NCBI GenBank assembly: GCA_963843575.1
Contig: CAWJKZ010000014.1
Span: 768,001-832,000, forward strand
Direction: 5' to 3'
Length of the DNA stretch: 64,000 bases
Source of the DNA: an uncultured Acidobacteriota bacterium
GTDB taxonomy: Bacteria > Acidobacteriota > UBA6911
Part shown: positions 22,088 through 36,266 of the stretch, piece after piece
Layout of the letters: the number at the start of each line of letters is the position of its first letter
Numbering within the stretch: position 1 is the first letter of the stretch
Made by a program: the position numbers and the translations under genes
Notes under the pieces: generated by a model
The model's database searches: none
The model's input: the letters and a program-made list of their open reading frames with translations, nothing else
What the model was told of the DNA's origin: nothing

Positions 22088-22756
22088 CTACTCCCGCCGG
22101 CCGGCTTCGCGCGTCCGTTCCGGCCTCTGCATTTCGAAAACCTCGCCCTTGTAGATCCAGACCTTGACCCCGATCACACCGTAGGTGGTGTGCGCTTCGG
22201 CGAAGCCGTAGTCGATGTCGGCCCGTATGGTGTGCAGCGGCAGCTGGCCGTGCAGGTACCACTCGGTGCGCGCGATTTCCGCGCCGTTGAGGCGCCCCGA
22301 GGTGCGTACCTTGATCCCCTTGGCCCCGAAGCGCAGGGTGCTGTCCACGGCCCGCCGCATGGCGCGGCGGAAGGCGATGCGCTTCTCGAGCTGCTGTGCG
22401 ATCCCCTCGGAAACTAGCTGCGCGTCGAGTTCGGGTTTGTTGACCTCCTGGATCTTGAGGTTGATGTCGCGACCCGTGAGCGTCTGGAGATCCTTCTTGA
22501 GCTTCTCGATCTCCGTCCCCTTCTTCCCGACGATGATGCCGGGACGGGACGTGAAGATGATGATGGTCAGCTTGTTCGCAGCGCGTTCCACCTCGATGCG
22601 GGAGATGCCCGCGTGCGCGAACTTCTTCTTGAGCATCGCCTTCAGGTGGAGATCCTCGTGCAGCAACTCCCCGTAGTCCTTGCGCGCGAACCAGCGCGAG
22701 CGCCACGTGCGGTTGACGCCTAGCCTGAACCCGTATGGATGAACTTTCTGACCCAC
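22088..22756 (-). CDS. rpsC: 30S ribosomal protein S3
   Basis: [22 protein letters not shown]. Confidence 0.98.
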   Translation of the reverse strand: MGQKVHPYGFRLGVNRTWRSRWFARKDYGELLHEDLHLKAMLKKKFAHAGISRIEVERAANKLTIIIFTSRPGIIVGKKGTEIEKLKKDLQTLTGRDINLKIQEVNKPELDAQLVSEGIAQQLEKRIAFRRAMRRAVDSTLRFGAKGIKVRTSGRLNGAEIARTEWYLHGQLPLHTIRADIDYGFAEAHTTYGVIGVKVWIYKGEVFEMQRPERTREAGRRE

Positions 22757-22768
22757 GGTGGAACCTCC

Positions 22769-23122
22769 TTACCCCTCGGTGTCGCTGCCCTTGATGGAAA
22801 TCGTGATGTGCTTGTACCGGCGCTGCTCGCGGTAGGCGCGCCCCATCGGGGCCGGCCGCACCCTCCGTCTCCACTTGGTCGGGCCCGTGTCGATGACGGC
22901 CCGGTCGATGACGAACTGGTCGACATCCGCCGCCGCGTTCTTCTCCTTGGCGTTCGCCACGGCCGAAAGGAGCACCTTCTCGATGGAACGCGTCGCGCGC
23001 TTGTTCGTGAAGCGCAGGATCCCCAGCGCCTCCTGGACATTTCTCCCGCGGATCAGGTCGATGACCAGCCGGGCCTTCTGTGGAGACCCTTTGATGTATT
23101 TTCCTTTCGCACTCGCTTCCAT
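22769..23122 (-). CDS. rplV: 50S ribosomal protein L22
   Basis: SPQKARLVIDLIRG, SAVANA. Confidence 0.97.
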   Translation of the reverse strand: MEASAKGKYIKGSPQKARLVIDLIRGRNVQEALGILRFTNKRATRSIEKVLLSAVANAKEKNAAADVDQFVIDRAVIDTGPTKWRRRVRPAPMGRAYREQRRYKHITISIKGSDTEG

Positions 23123-23177
23123 ATCTACCTCGGTTCGCAATTCGCCAATCGCGGGCCGCCGCGCGGGCAGGCCCGGC

Positions 23178-23474
23178 CTACGCGGGCGGTTTCACCGCCG
23201 TTGCTCTCTCGGCCACCTTGGTGGTATGCCCCTTGAAGATGCGTGTCGGGGCAAATTCCCCGAGCTTGTGGCTCACCATGTTCTCCGAGATGTAGATCGG
23301 GATGAATTTCTTGCCGTTGTGCACCGCGACGGTGTGGCCGACCATCTCCGGTGTGATGGTCGAACGCCTCGACCAGGTCTTGATGACGGTGCGGCCGCCG
23401 GTGCCGGAGACAGCGCGAATCTTCTTCAACAGGTGATCGTCGACAAACGGCCCCTTCTTGACGGATCTGGCCAT
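23178..23474 (-). CDS. rpsS: 30S ribosomal protein S19
   Basis: [20 protein letters not shown]. Confidence 0.98.
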   Translation of the reverse strand: MARSVKKGPFVDDHLLKKIRAVSGTGGRTVIKTWSRRSTITPEMVGHTVAVHNGKKFIPIYISENMVSHKLGEFAPTRIFKGHTTKVAERATAVKPPA

Positions 23475-23486
23475 GAACCACTCCTC

Positions 23487-24314
23487 CTACTTCTTGTCGC
23501 GGCGCTTGATGATGAACCGCTGCGTCCGCTTGTTGTTGCGCGTCTTGTAGCCCTTCGTCGGCTGGCCCCACGGGCTGACGGGGTTTCTCCCGCCGGAGGT
23601 CTTGCCTTCGCCGCCGCCGTGCGGGTGGTCGATCGGGTTCATGGCGACCCCGCGCACCGTTGGGCGCCTCCCGAGCCACCGGGTCCGGCCGGCCTTGCCG
23701 ATGGACACGTTCTCGTGGTCGAGGTTGCCGACCTGCCCGATGGTCGCGTAGCACTCGAGGTGGACCATGCGGGTTTCGCCCGACGGCATCTTGAGTTGGG
23801 CGTAACCGGCCTCCTTGGCCAGCAACTGCGCGGCCGTACCCGCCGAGCGCGCCAGCTGTCCGCCGTGGCCCAGCTTCAGCTCGATGTTGTGCACCATCGT
23901 GCCGAGCGGGATGTTCTTGAGCGGGAGCGCGTTGCCGACCAGGATGTCCGCGCCCGCCCCGGCGACGATCGTGGCCCCGACCTTCAGGCCGTTGGGCGCC
24001 AGGATGTAGCGCTTCTCCCCGTCCGCGTAGGACAGCAGCGCGATGCGGGCCGACCGGTTCGGGTCGTATTCGAGCGAGGTGACCTTGGCCGGGATCTCGC
24101 GCTTGTCGCGTTGGAAGTCTATGACCCGGTAGAGCTTCTTGTGCCCGCCCCCACGGTGCCGCACCTGCAGGTGCCCCTTGTTGTCGCGCCCAGAAATCCG
24201 CCGTTTGTGCGTCGTCAGGCGCTTCAGCGGCCTGTCCTGGCTCAGTTCGTCCTTGTCCAGGGTAGTCCGGAACCGGATTGCCGGAGAAGTCGGCCTGTAT
24301 GTCTTGATCGCCAT
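23487..24314 (-). CDS. rplB: 50S ribosomal protein L2
   Basis: [21 protein letters not shown]. Confidence 0.98.
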   Translation of the reverse strand: MAIKTYRPTSPAIRFRTTLDKDELSQDRPLKRLTTHKRRISGRDNKGHLQVRHRGGGHKKLYRVIDFQRDKREIPAKVTSLEYDPNRSARIALLSYADGEKRYILAPNGLKVGATIVAGAGADILVGNALPLKNIPLGTMVHNIELKLGHGGQLARSAGTAAQLLAKEAGYAQLKMPSGETRMVHLECYATIGQVGNLDHENVSIGKAGRTRWLGRRPTVRGVAMNPIDHPHGGGEGKTSGGRNPVSPWGQPTKGYKTRNNKRTQRFIIKRRDKK

Positions 24315-24338
24315 GTCTTCACCTGCTCCCGCCGGGCG

Positions 24339-24632
24339 TCAAACCGCCTCGGAGAATTCGACCATCTTCTCGCCCTGCTTCAGCGTGACGTAGGCCTTCT
24401 TCCAGTCCGGACGCCGGCCGGCATAACGCCCCTGACGCCTGTTCTTACCGTGAAAGATGGCGGTGCGCACGCTGTCGACCTTTACCTTGAAGATCTTCTC
24501 GACGGCCTCTTTGATCTCCTGCTTGTTGGCGTCTCGGGCGACCTTGAACGTGAGCGTCCTGAGGTTTTCCTTCTGGAACGTGCTCTTTTCGGTAATGACC
24601 GGCAGCCTGAGGACTTCGTGTGAGCGGCTCAT
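24339..24632 (-). CDS. rplW: 50S ribosomal protein L23
   Basis: PVITEKS, WKKAYVTL. Confidence 0.97.
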   Translation of the reverse strand: MSRSHEVLRLPVITEKSTFQKENLRTLTFKVARDANKQEIKEAVEKIFKVKVDSVRTAIFHGKNRRQGRYAGRRPDWKKAYVTLKQGEKMVEFSEAV

Positions 24633-25255
24633 CGGCTGAGTACCTCCTGGACCTGAAGTATGGCGTCCTTGGAAAAGATCAGCTGGGAGCTGTTAACCAC
24701 GTCCCTGATGTTGACGCCCGTGCCGGGAACCAGCTTCACGCCCGGCAGGTTGCGCGACGACAGTTCGAGGTCGCGGTTTTCCCCGGTGTTCACCAGCAGG
24801 ACCTTCCCGGACCCGCCCAAGACCTGCAGGACCCGCTTGAAGTCGCGCGTCTTGTGCCCTTCCAGGCGGAACGCATCGACTACGGTTATGCAGTTCAGCC
24901 CCAGCTTGGCCGACAGCGCGGAGCGCAACGCCCCCCGGATCTTTTTCCGGGGGAAGTTGTAGCGGTAGTCGCGCGGCTGCGGGCCGTGCACGGTGCCGCC
25001 GTGCCGCCAGACCGGGCTGCGGACGCTGCCGATGCGGGCGCGTCCGGTGCCCTTTTGCCGCCACAGCTTCTTGCCGCTGCCGCTGACCTCCCCGCGGGTC
25101 TTCGTCGCTGCCGTCCCGGCGCGCTGCGAGTCCTCGTAGTGCTTGACCGCCTCCCAGATGAGCGGCTCGTTGAACTCGGCCTTGAAAACCTCGTCGGACA
25201 GGTCGAGCTTCTCGACAATCTCGTTCGAGAGGTTTCGCACTTCAATCTCAGCCAT
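24629..25255 (-). CDS. rplD: 50S ribosomal protein L4
   Basis: QKGTGRARIG, GGTVHGPQPR. Confidence 0.98.
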   Translation of the reverse strand: MAEIEVRNLSNEIVEKLDLSDEVFKAEFNEPLIWEAVKHYEDSQRAGTAATKTRGEVSGSGKKLWRQKGTGRARIGSVRSPVWRHGGTVHGPQPRDYRYNFPRKKIRGALRSALSAKLGLNCITVVDAFRLEGHKTRDFKRVLQVLGGSGKVLLVNTGENRDLELSSRNLPGVKLVPGTGVNIRDVVNSSQLIFSKDAILQVQEVLSR

Positions 25256-25302
25256 GGCTGACCCTCACCTCTGAATGACGGGCGATCCCCCGCCCCGCCT
25301 CG

Positions 25303-25929
25303 TCAGGCTTTCTCGATGATGACATATCCGCCGTTGCGCCCGGGCACGGCCCCTTTGACCACCAGCAGGTTTTCCTCGTTCTGAATCCGCACGACCTTCA
25401 GGCCGTCGACGGTCACGCGCTCGTCCCCCATGTGGCCGGCGGCGCGCATCCCGGGCAGGACACGGCTCGGGTAGGCGGACGCACCGATCGATCCCGGGGC
25501 CCGGTGAAACATCGACCCGTGGGTCGCGGCACCGCCGCGGAAATGGTGGCGCTTGATCAGCCCGGCGAAGCCCCGACCCTTGCTCGTCCCCGTGACGCGG
25601 ATCGCGTCGGACGGCTGGAAAACCTGGTTGACGAGCACCTGGTCCCCGACGTTCAGCGCGTCCCCGTCGGCCAGCCGGAACTCCCGCAGCACCCGGCAGG
25701 GAGGAACGCCGGCCTTCTTGAAGTGCCCGGCCCGCGGCTTCTTCACCCGTCCGGGGCGTACGAACTCGACCAGCCCGAGCTGCAGGGCGTCGTAGCCGTC
25801 CTTGTCCTTCATCTTCCGCTGCACGACCACGCAGGGGCCGGCCTTGATTACGGTGACCGGTATGACGGTTCCGTCCGCGTCAAACACCTGGGTCATCCCG
25901 ACCTTCACGCCAATGAGTCCATCCACCAT
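25303..25929 (-). CDS. rplC: 50S ribosomal protein L3
   Basis: [26 protein letters not shown]. Confidence 0.98.
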   Translation of the reverse strand: MVDGLIGVKVGMTQVFDADGTVIPVTVIKAGPCVVVQRKMKDKDGYDALQLGLVEFVRPGRVKKPRAGHFKKAGVPPCRVLREFRLADGDALNVGDQVLVNQVFQPSDAIRVTGTSKGRGFAGLIKRHHFRGGAATHGSMFHRAPGSIGASAYPSRVLPGMRAAGHMGDERVTVDGLKVVRIQNEENLLVVKGAVPGRNGGYVIIEKA

Positions 25930-26019
25930 TTTGGTTCCCCTCGTCCGGTGCCGCGTCTTCTTTCCGGCCGCTCGCCGGGAAAGGCGAACGTCGGGCCCGA
26001 AGAAGCCCGCGCCGGCAGC

Positions 26020-26346
26020 CTACTTGTGTTCCGTGCCGAAGGCCTTGATTTCGACGTCGATGGCCGCGGGCAAGTCCAGCTTCATCAGCGCGTCGACGGT
26101 CTGCGGCGTCGGCTCCAGGATGTCGACCAGCCGCTTGTGCGTGCGGATCTCGAACTGCTCCCGGGATTTCTTGTCGACGTGCGGCGAGCGCAGTACGCAG
26201 AACTTGTTCTTGACCGTCGGCAGCGGGATGGGTCCCGACACGCGCGAACCGGTGCGCTTGGCTATCTCGACGATCTCCGAGGTGGATTGATCCAGCACCC
26301 GGTAATCGTACGCCTTCAATCGAATTCGGATCTTTTCGTTCAGCAT
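26020..26346 (-). CDS. rpsJ: 30S ribosomal protein S10
   Basis: [24 protein letters not shown]. Confidence 0.98.
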   Translation of the reverse strand: MLNEKIRIRLKAYDYRVLDQSTSEIVEIAKRTGSRVSGPIPLPTVKNKFCVLRSPHVDKKSREQFEIRTHKRLVDILEPTPQTVDALMKLDLPAAIDVEIKAFGTEHK

Positions 26347-26356
26347 ATGGTCTCGC

Positions 26357-27544
<1,188 letters not shown>

Positions 27545-27562
27545 ATGTCTCTCCCGGATCCT

Positions 27563-29658
<2,096 letters not shown>

Positions 29659-29670
29659 CTAAAACCTCGA

Positions 29671-30141
29671 TTACCAGCGGTAATGCGCGAAGGCCTTGTT
29701 GGCCTCCGCCATCCGATGGGTATCTTCCTTCTTCTTGATGGCACCGCCGCGGTTGTTGGATGCATCCAGGATCTCGGAGGCCAGCTTTTCCCTCATCGTC
29801 TTCTCGCTCCGCCCGCGCGAATTCGAGATGATCCATCGGATGGCCAGCGAAGTCCTGCGATCCTGAGGGACCTCGATCGGGACCTGGTACGTGGCGCCGC
29901 CCACGCGCCGCGACTTGACCTCCAGGATCGGCTTGACCTGATCGAGCGCCTTCTTGAACACCTTGACCGGATCTTCCTTGGCACGGTCCTTGATCACGTC
30001 GAGGGCGCCATAGAAGATGTGCTCGGCCACGCTCTTCTTCCCCTCCTCCATCATGCAATTGATGAACTTGGTGATGAGCGTGCTGCCGTAAAGTGGATCC
30101 GGCAAGGTTTCCCGCTTGGGTACTTCTCTTCGCCTCGGCAT
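29671..30141 (-). CDS. rpsG: 30S ribosomal protein S7
   Basis: [24 protein letters not shown]. Confidence 0.98.
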   Translation of the reverse strand: MPRRREVPKRETLPDPLYGSTLITKFINCMMEEGKKSVAEHIFYGALDVIKDRAKEDPVKVFKKALDQVKPILEVKSRRVGGATYQVPIEVPQDRRTSLAIRWIISNSRGRSEKTMREKLASEILDASNNRGGAIKKKEDTHRMAEANKAFAHYRW

Positions 30142-30298
30142 GCTGAAAGATCTCCTGCTGCTTCCTTGTATTCGTCACCGCTCTCGAGTCAAGGGTATCG
30201 TCCCCTGAGAGCGAACTTCGTCGGCTCTGGCAATTGCCAACCGAAGAATCGCCGGGCGTAAACCCGTCACCCTTTTTGTTTGTTTGTGAAAGGAGTGA

Positions 30299-30673
30299 TT
30301 AGCTTTTGGGCCGCTTGGCACCATACTTGGAGCGGGAGTTCTTGCGATCCTGAACTCCCACGGAATCCAGAGTGCCCCGCACAACATGGTAGCGAACCCC
30401 AGGGAGGTCCTTGACACGTCCACCGCGAATCAACACGATGGAGTGTTCTTGCAGATTGTGCCCGATACCGGGGATGTAGGTTGTCACCTCGATCCCGTTG
30501 GTCAGACGGACACGCGCAACTTTGCGCAGGGCCGAGTTGGGCTTCTTGGGTGTAGACGTGTACACCCTCGTGCAAACTCCCCTGCGCTGAGGACTTCCCT
30601 GCAAAGCCGGACTCTTCGTCTTGTAACGAATCTTCTTTCGGCCAGAACGAACCAGCTGATTGAAGGTCGGCAA
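30299..30673 (-). CDS. rpsL: 30S ribosomal protein S12
   Basis: [22 protein letters not shown]; TTG start. Confidence 0.98.
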   Translation of the reverse strand: MPTFNQLVRSGRKKIRYKTKSPALQGSPQRRGVCTRVYTSTPKKPNSALRKVARVRLTNGIEVTTYIPGIGHNLQEHSIVLIRGGRVKDLPGVRYHVVRGTLDSVGVQDRKNSRSKYGAKRPKS

Positions 30674-30763
30674 ACTATACTCTCCTTTGCCCTACATGGC
30701 TGTGCTTCCGGTACTTGCGTGCCCCGGCCACAGCCCTTGATAAATACAGCGAAAAACCGCACG

Positions 30764-30792
30764 AATATAGCAAACGAGCCAAATGCTGTCAA
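30764..30792 (-). promoter_or_regulatory. sigma70 promoter of the str/S10 superoperon
   Basis: Minus strand reads TTGACA-17 nt-TATATT with extended -10 TG, about 90 nt upstream of rpsL. Confidence 0.85.
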
Positions 30793-30995
30793 GCAAATAG
30801 CCCGATTGCACCCCTCGCAGCGACAACGAATCGGACAAGCGGCAAAGGATACCTGTCCCCGAGTCGAAAATCCACCCCCCGCGCAGGATTCGCAAGAATT
30901 TCTTGCCCGGGGAGCGCGCCCACCCGTTAGACACGCAGGGAGGGACCCGATGCGAAACGGTCCTCACCCGTCAACAAAAGCGAGGAGGAACCGAG

Positions 30996-31373
30996 ATGGG
31001 CTGCCTCAACAGAGTGCTTCTCATCGGCAGGCTCGGCAAGGACCCGAACGAGCACATAACCGGCGGCGGCACGCCGGTTTCGAACTTCAGCCTGGCGACT
31101 GATCAGGTCCGCAACAGCAACGGCACACCGCAGAAAACCACCGAGTGGCACAAGGTGGTCGCCTACGGCAAGGCGGCCGAACTGTGCAACCACTACCTGC
31201 GAAAAGGAAGGCTGGTGTGCATCGAGGGTTCGTTGCAGACACGATCGTGGGAGAAACCCGCGGGGGAAAAGCACTACTCGACCGAGGTCATCGTCGCCCG
31301 GGTGACCTTTCTCGACAGGAACTCGGCGGCGCCGGCCGACGAACCCGAACAATCATCCGAGGACGAAGGATGA
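30996..31373 (+). CDS. ssb: single-stranded DNA-binding protein (short form, no acidic IPF tail)
   Basis: LNRVLLIGRLGKDP, TEWHKVV, EGSLQTRSW; GAGGAGG RBS. Confidence 0.92.
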   Translation: MGCLNRVLLIGRLGKDPNEHITGGGTPVSNFSLATDQVRNSNGTPQKTTEWHKVVAYGKAAELCNHYLRKGRLVCIEGSLQTRSWEKPAGEKHYSTEVIVARVTFLDRNSAAPADEPEQSSEDEG

Positions 31374-31605
31374 GTGCGGCGCGCGACCCAACGGGGCCGA
31401 CCCAATCCGGAAACTCCTCCGCCCGAGCGCACGGCTGGAGTCCGCGTCCCTGCCCCTGAAACGGTTTGCCCGCGCGGCATCAGGCCAATCCCGGCCGCGG
31501 GCGGAGCAGGCGGGGTGGATGAACCGCGGGCCGGTCAACCCCCGGCGCCGCTGCCGGACGGTGGCGCGTCAAATCGGGTCTGGCATGCTATAATCCGCTC
31601 CGATT

Positions 31606-33887
31606 ATGACGAGCGAGCAGTCTGCCACGGGGAGGAGGCGCGGGCTTCCGCGCTGGCTCCTCGTTTTTTATAGTCTCCTGATCCTCATCGTCCTGGTCGC
31701 CGGTACCGTCTTCGGCATTCTGGTGGGCTACGAATACAACCTGCCCCAGATCCAGAGCCTGGAGGACTATCGACCCGACGTGATCACGGCGGTTTACTCG
31801 GACGACAACAAGGTTATCGGTGAGTTCGCCGTCGAGCGCCGCATCGTGGTCCCCTTCGAGGAAATCCCGCCGTACATGCAGCTCGCCATTCTCGCCGCCG
31901 AGGATGACCAGTTCTACAACCACTCCGGGATCAATTACATCTCGCTGCTCCGCGCCGCGTACAAGGACCTCATCTCGATGTCGCGCGCCGAGGGGGCCAG
32001 CACGATCACGCAGCAGCTCTCCCGCTTGCTGCTGCGGTCGAATGAAAAAACCTTCGATCGCAAGATCAAGGAGCTCCTGATCGCCTGGAAGATCGAAAAG
32101 CGTTATTCCAAGCGCCAGATCCTGACCTTGTACTGCAACCAGCACTACATGGGGCACGGCGCCTACGGCGTCGCGGCCGCGGCCGATACCTATTTCGGCA
32201 AACAGCTAAAGGACCTGACCGTCGAAGAGTGCGCGATGATCGGTGGGCTGCCCCGCAACCCCACGATCTACTCTCCGCGCCTGCACCCGGACGCGGCGCT
32301 CGCCCGGCGCAACTACATCCTCGAGCGCATGGCGGCGGAGCAGATGATCCCGGCGAAAGTGGCCGCCGAGGCCAAGGAGCGCCCGCTCGTCCTGAAGCCC
32401 CGCAACCGCGACGTGGAAACCGCACCCTACTTCGTCGAGTGGGTGCGGCAGGCGCTCGCCGACCGGTACTCGACCGAGGCGATCTGGCGCAAGGGTCTGC
32501 GCGTCTACACCTCCTTGAACGTCGACATGCAGGCAGCGGCGACAAGTGCGTCTCCGCGAAGGGCTGAGGGTGTACGACAAACGCCACGGCTGGCGGGGGC
32601 CCTTGGACAACGTGCTCAAATCCCCTGCGGGCAGCCTCGAGGAATTTTCCCATCCCGACTGGAAAAACCCGCTCCGCGTCGGTGACGTGGTCCCGGGCTG
32701 GTCGAAAACGTCGGCGATGCCGACTTGACGGTTCGGATCGGCAGATACCGCGGCGACCGTGGGGCCCAAGGAAATCGCCTGGACGCACGCCAAGACCCCG
32801 GGAGCTCTCCTGAAACCCGGGGACCTGGCCTACTTCCAGATCGTCGCGCTCGACGAGGCCGCACAGGAAGGTTTCCGTGACGCTTGGATCAGCTTCCCGC
32901 CGTGCAGGGCGCCATGATCACGATCGAGAATTCGACGGGCGAGATCAAGACGATGGTGGGCGGCTACAACTTCGAGACCAGCGAGTTCAACCGCGCGACG
33001 CAGGCGATGCGCCAGGTCGGTTCGACCTTCAAGCCCTTCGTATACGCGACCGCCCTCGAAAGCGGCCTCACCGCCGACAGCACCATCATCGATGCGCCCA
33101 TCAGCTTCACCGACACGCTGGGGCGCGTCTGGCGTCCCGCCAACTACGACGGCAAGTTCAAGGGGCAGATCACGATCCGGCAGGCGCTCACCGAATCCCG
33201 GAACGTACCCACCATCAAGGTCGCCTCACTGGTCGGGAATCAAGAACGTGGTCGTGATGGCCCGGCGGTTCGGCCTGGCCGGGCCGATGGAGCCGTACCT
33301 TCCCCTGGCCATCGGGGCCTGCGAGGCCACGCCGCTGGAAATGGCTTCCGCGTTCACCGTCTTCCCAAACCTCGGATTGCAGCCGAAACCATTCTTCATC
33401 CGCAGGATCGAAGACTACGACCGCGCGAAGAAAGAGGAAACCCAGCCGCAATTGAAAAAAGTCCTGGAGCCCGGAGACGGCAGATGCGATGCTCGCGCTG
33501 CTTCAGAATGTGGTGCAGAACGGGACGGCCACGGCGGCAAAGTCGCTGGGCCGGCCCCTGGGAGGCAAAACGGGTACGACGAACGACTTCACCGACGCCT
33601 GGTTTGTCGGCTTCAGCCCGTCCTACACCACCGCGGTCTGGGTGGGATTCGACGCGAAGGTCTCGCTGGGCAACAAGGAAACGGGCGCCGTGGTCGCGCT
33701 ACCGATCTGGATCAAGTACATGGCGGCCGTGCTGAAGGACAAGCCCGTCGAGCAGTTTCCCGTTGCGGAGCCGACCAACGAACTGCTGACCAGCGGGGAA
33801 CACACAGACGCCGCGCCGCTGCCGCAGAAGAAACTGTTCGTCGAGGAGCTCCCCATCTCCGCGGCCCCCAAGACCAAATCTCCGTGA
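31606..33887 (+). CDS. mrcA: class A penicillin-binding protein PBP1A (several frameshifts)
   Basis: Transglycosylase EDDQF, GASTITQQ, RKIKE; transpeptidase STFK, SRN, KTGT. Confidence 0.92.
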
Positions 33888-33940
33888 CCAAGCCAAGTGG
33901 CGCAGCGCCGTGGTGAGGTCTCCTGGTCCGACCTGCAAAC

Positions 33941-34917
33941 CTACCGGTCGCGTTCGATGATGTAGTCGGGGATCGACATGAGGGCGGTGCGGGCGGGGCA
34001 ATCGGGGAAGCCGGAAAGGTGCCCCTTCGCCTGGTAGGCAAAGTCCTGCGCCTTATTCAGCACGCGTTCCATGGTCCGGTGCTCTTTCAGGAGCTGCAGG
34101 ATCAGGTCCTTCGCTTCGGTGCCGCAGCCGTTGTCGCTCAGCGCGGCGCGGATGAGTTCCCGGTGCTCGAGCCCGCCGCGTTCCATCAGGTAAATCAGGG
34201 GGAGGGTGAGCTTCCCTTCCTTCAAATCGTTCCCGACCGGCTTGCCGAGCGCCGACTCGGTCGAGGTGAAGTCCAGGAGGTCGTCGACCAGCTGAAAGGC
34301 AATCCCCACGTTCAAGCCGTACTGCCTGAGAGCCTCCTGTTGTAGCGGGGCTCGCGCTGCCCAGGATGGCGCCGATCTGAGAACACGCGGAAAACAGGAA
34401 GGCCGTCTTGCGCATGGATATGTCGAGGTACTGCTCTTCGGTGACATCCAGGCTGCCGTTTGTGGTGAGCTGGATGAGTTCGCCCTCGACCATCTTGCGG
34501 GTGACAATCCGTCAGGATGTCCATGATCTGGAGCTGTCGCTCTCCGAGCGCGATTTTAAAGGAAGTCATGTAGAGCCAGTCGCCCATCAGGACAGTGATC
34601 TCGTTGCCCCACCGGGCGTTGACGGAGGCGCGGCCGCGCCGCACCCGCGCGTCGTCGATGATGTCGTCGTGCACGAGCGTGGCGGCGTGGATGAGCTCCA
34701 CGACGGCGGCCAGCCGATAGCAGACGGGCCCCTCGTAGCCGGACATCTGCGAGGAAAGCAGCAGGAGGGCGGGGCGGATGCGCTTGCCGCCGCTCGCCTG
34801 GATGTAGCGACCGATGTGATCGATGAGCTGGATGTTCGAGCTCGAGTGGCAGGCGAGCTCCTTTTCCACCTCCGACAGCCCGTGTTCGACTAGTCTGTAG
34901 ATCGCTCGTGGATTCAA
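33941..34917 (-). CDS. polyprenyl diphosphate synthase (IspB-like, frameshifted)
   Basis: GGKRIRP, HDDIID...RRG, FQLVDDLLD. Confidence 0.92.
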
Positions 34918-35013
34918 TTGGCTCTTCTTCTCGACCCTTGTCGGCCTGTGCCTCCGAACGCGAGATCTTACCACAGGTTCGTGGCTGCGTCTGCGCGCAA
35001 GGTTCGGGGCACC

Positions 35014-35801
35014 CTACCCGGGATCGGGGACTCGGATCAGGCGCCGCAGGTTGGCCGTCGTCCGGCACGCCAGTGTCTCGTAGCTCAGCCCCAACACCTC
35101 GAAAGGCCGCGCGCCACGTCGATCACGAAGGCAGGTTCGTTGCGTCTTCCCCTGTGCGGGACCGGGGCCAGATACGGGGAGTCGGTTTCCACGAGGAGCC
35201 GGTCCAGGGGAATCGTCCGGGCCGCCGCCCGGAGTGCGCCGGCATTCTTGAAGGTGACCATTCCGGAAAAGGAGATGAGGAAGCCCATGTCCGCGCACTC
35301 GCGCGCCTGCTCTCCGGTACCCGTGAAGCTGTGCAATATGCCCGAGCGCGAAGCGTGGCGCCACTCCTGACGCAGGGTCTCCACCAAGTCCGGCCAGGCG
35401 TCGCGGCAGTGGAGAGACACAGGGATGCCGCGGTCCGCGGCAAGCCGGAGTTGACGCCGGAACACCTCGAGTTGGGCATCCCGCGGGGAGTGGTCGTAGT
35501 AGTAGTCCAGCCCGATCTCCCCCCACAACACGACCTTCGGGTGTCGTGACCACCGCTCCATGCGCTGCCAAAGGGCTTCGTCGGCAAGGCGGGCGTCGTG
35601 AGGATGTACACCCACTCCGGCGTGCACAAAGTCGTACGCCTCGGCCAGCTCCAGGGTCGTCTCGATCGAACGGTCGTCGGGGCTCGCGGTGCCGATGGTC
35701 AGGATCAGCTCCACTCCCGCCGCGCGGGCGCGGCGGACGACATCGTCCCTGTCGGCATCGAACTGGGGCATGTCCAGGTGCGCGTGCGAGTCTGCGATCA
35801 T
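35014..35801 (-). CDS. TatD family nuclease (frameshift near C-terminus)
   Basis: DSHAH, GVHPH, GEIGLDY, ETDSPYLAP. Confidence 0.93.
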
Positions 35802-35819
35802 GGCTGCTCCCGCCGAGAG

Positions 35820-36206
35820 CTAGGTCAGGAGTGCGCCGTTGGGCACGTCCTCGGCGAAGGTGGCCAGCACGGGAAGGCCGCCCGGGGCAGTCGCGGCAAC
35901 CACCATGCCGTTGGATTCGAGGCCCATCAACCGCGCCGGTTTGAGGTTGGCCACGATGACCACCTTGCGGTTGACGAGGCTGGCCGCCTCATACGCCTCG
36001 GCGATCCCCGCCACGACCTGCCGCACTTCGCTGCCGAGGTCGACCTTCATCCTCACCAGCTTGCGCGACCCCTGGACTTTCTCTGCTTCGAGCACCTGCC
36101 CGACGCGCATCTCTATCCTCCTGAATTCCTCGATGCCGATCCACTCCGGTGCGGGAGCCGGCTTGGGCGTCTCCGGTCCGGTGTTGGGGGGTTGTTCGTC
36201 GGCCAT
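35820..36206 (-). CDS. stand-alone tRNA-binding OB domain (MetRS C-terminal / Trbp111 / CsaA-like)
   Basis: MRVGQV, RQVVAGI, NLKPARLMGLESNGM. Confidence 0.88.
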   Translation of the reverse strand: MADEQPPNTGPETPKPAPAPEWIGIEEFRRIEMRVGQVLEAEKVQGSRKLVRMKVDLGSEVRQVVAGIAEAYEAASLVNRKVVIVANLKPARLMGLESNGMVVAATAPGGLPVLATFAEDVPNGALLT

Positions 36207-36266
36207 GGCAGTCACTCCAGTCCTTGTGAGATGTTTTGGGGTTCCACGCGGAAACACGCCGCCCGA

